DNA of 57,380 nucleotides from a virus: IMG/VR virus record IMGVR_UViG_3300005077_000022, positions 1 to 57,380 of that record; one strand, 5' to 3'. Shown piece by piece: positions 57,304 to 57,380 of this stretch (position 1 is its first letter; each line of letters starts with the position of its first letter). The notes under the pieces were generated by a model. It saw only the letters and a program-made list of their open reading frames with translations, ran no database searches and was not told where the DNA came from. The position numbers and the translations under genes were made by a program.

Positions 57304-57380
57304 GCGGCCCTCCTCGCTCGCGTGTCCCGCAGGCCGTGCACGGTGCGGAGTGACGCGAACCAACCCGGCACCTGCGCCGC
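57282..57380. repeat. Second copy of the 99-bp terminal repeat (= 1..99)
   Basis: Read directly. Confidence 0.9.

Noticed and set aside
1-57380. tRNA, rRNA, integrase/attP and transposase search by eye.
   Set aside because: Nothing recognisable was found. Small tRNAs in GC-rich sequence could be missed without tRNAscan-SE, so absence is provisional.

Overview
High-GC window of 57,380 nt. Its first 99 nt recur exactly at its 3' end, and a gene runs across that junction. The window is therefore a closed (circular or terminally redundant) tailed-phage genome of about 57.28 kb. It is siphovirus-type: major tail protein, G/T chaperones and a 1470-aa tape measure.

Almost all genes are on the minus strand, with pervasive ATGA/GTGA/TGATG stop-start coupling. 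Only a RecT/YqaJ recombination module (9447..11869) is on the plus strand. It diverges from a RHH-regulator/replication module at a promoter-operator region (9330..9446).

Reading down the minus strand:
- RHH protein, replication initiator (with an embedded 11-bp iteron array plus an AT-rich tract), DnaB-type helicase, nuclease and small genes.
- Lysis cluster (amidase plus membrane/secreted proteins).
- Across the junction: a secreted LamG protein, then TerS and TerL.
- ParB-like protein, DpdA, QueC, QueD, QueE and a PRTase-FolE fusion (7-deazaguanine DNA modification).
- A portal fused to an ADP-ribosyltransferase-like module and a HExxH peptidase, then a protein with two more ART-like modules, then MuF.
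- XkdF-type protease/scaffold, decoration protein, major capsid, connectors and tail.
- Sec-signal/TPT-linker proteins carrying a [14 protein letters not shown] motif.
- A non-coding region of about 790 bp with phased GCCACRGG iterons.
- A 7.6-kb module of small genes (DUF932, RadC, lipoprotein, paralogues) in which eight intergenic gaps carry the same two-hairpin cassette with an invariant TCCCAAGY loop.

No integrase, tRNA, rRNA or CRISPR array was recognised. All functional calls come from reading the translated ORFs by eye (motif recognition), not from searches. Many start codons were re-picked from the ORF track using RBS and coupling context, and these remain provisional.
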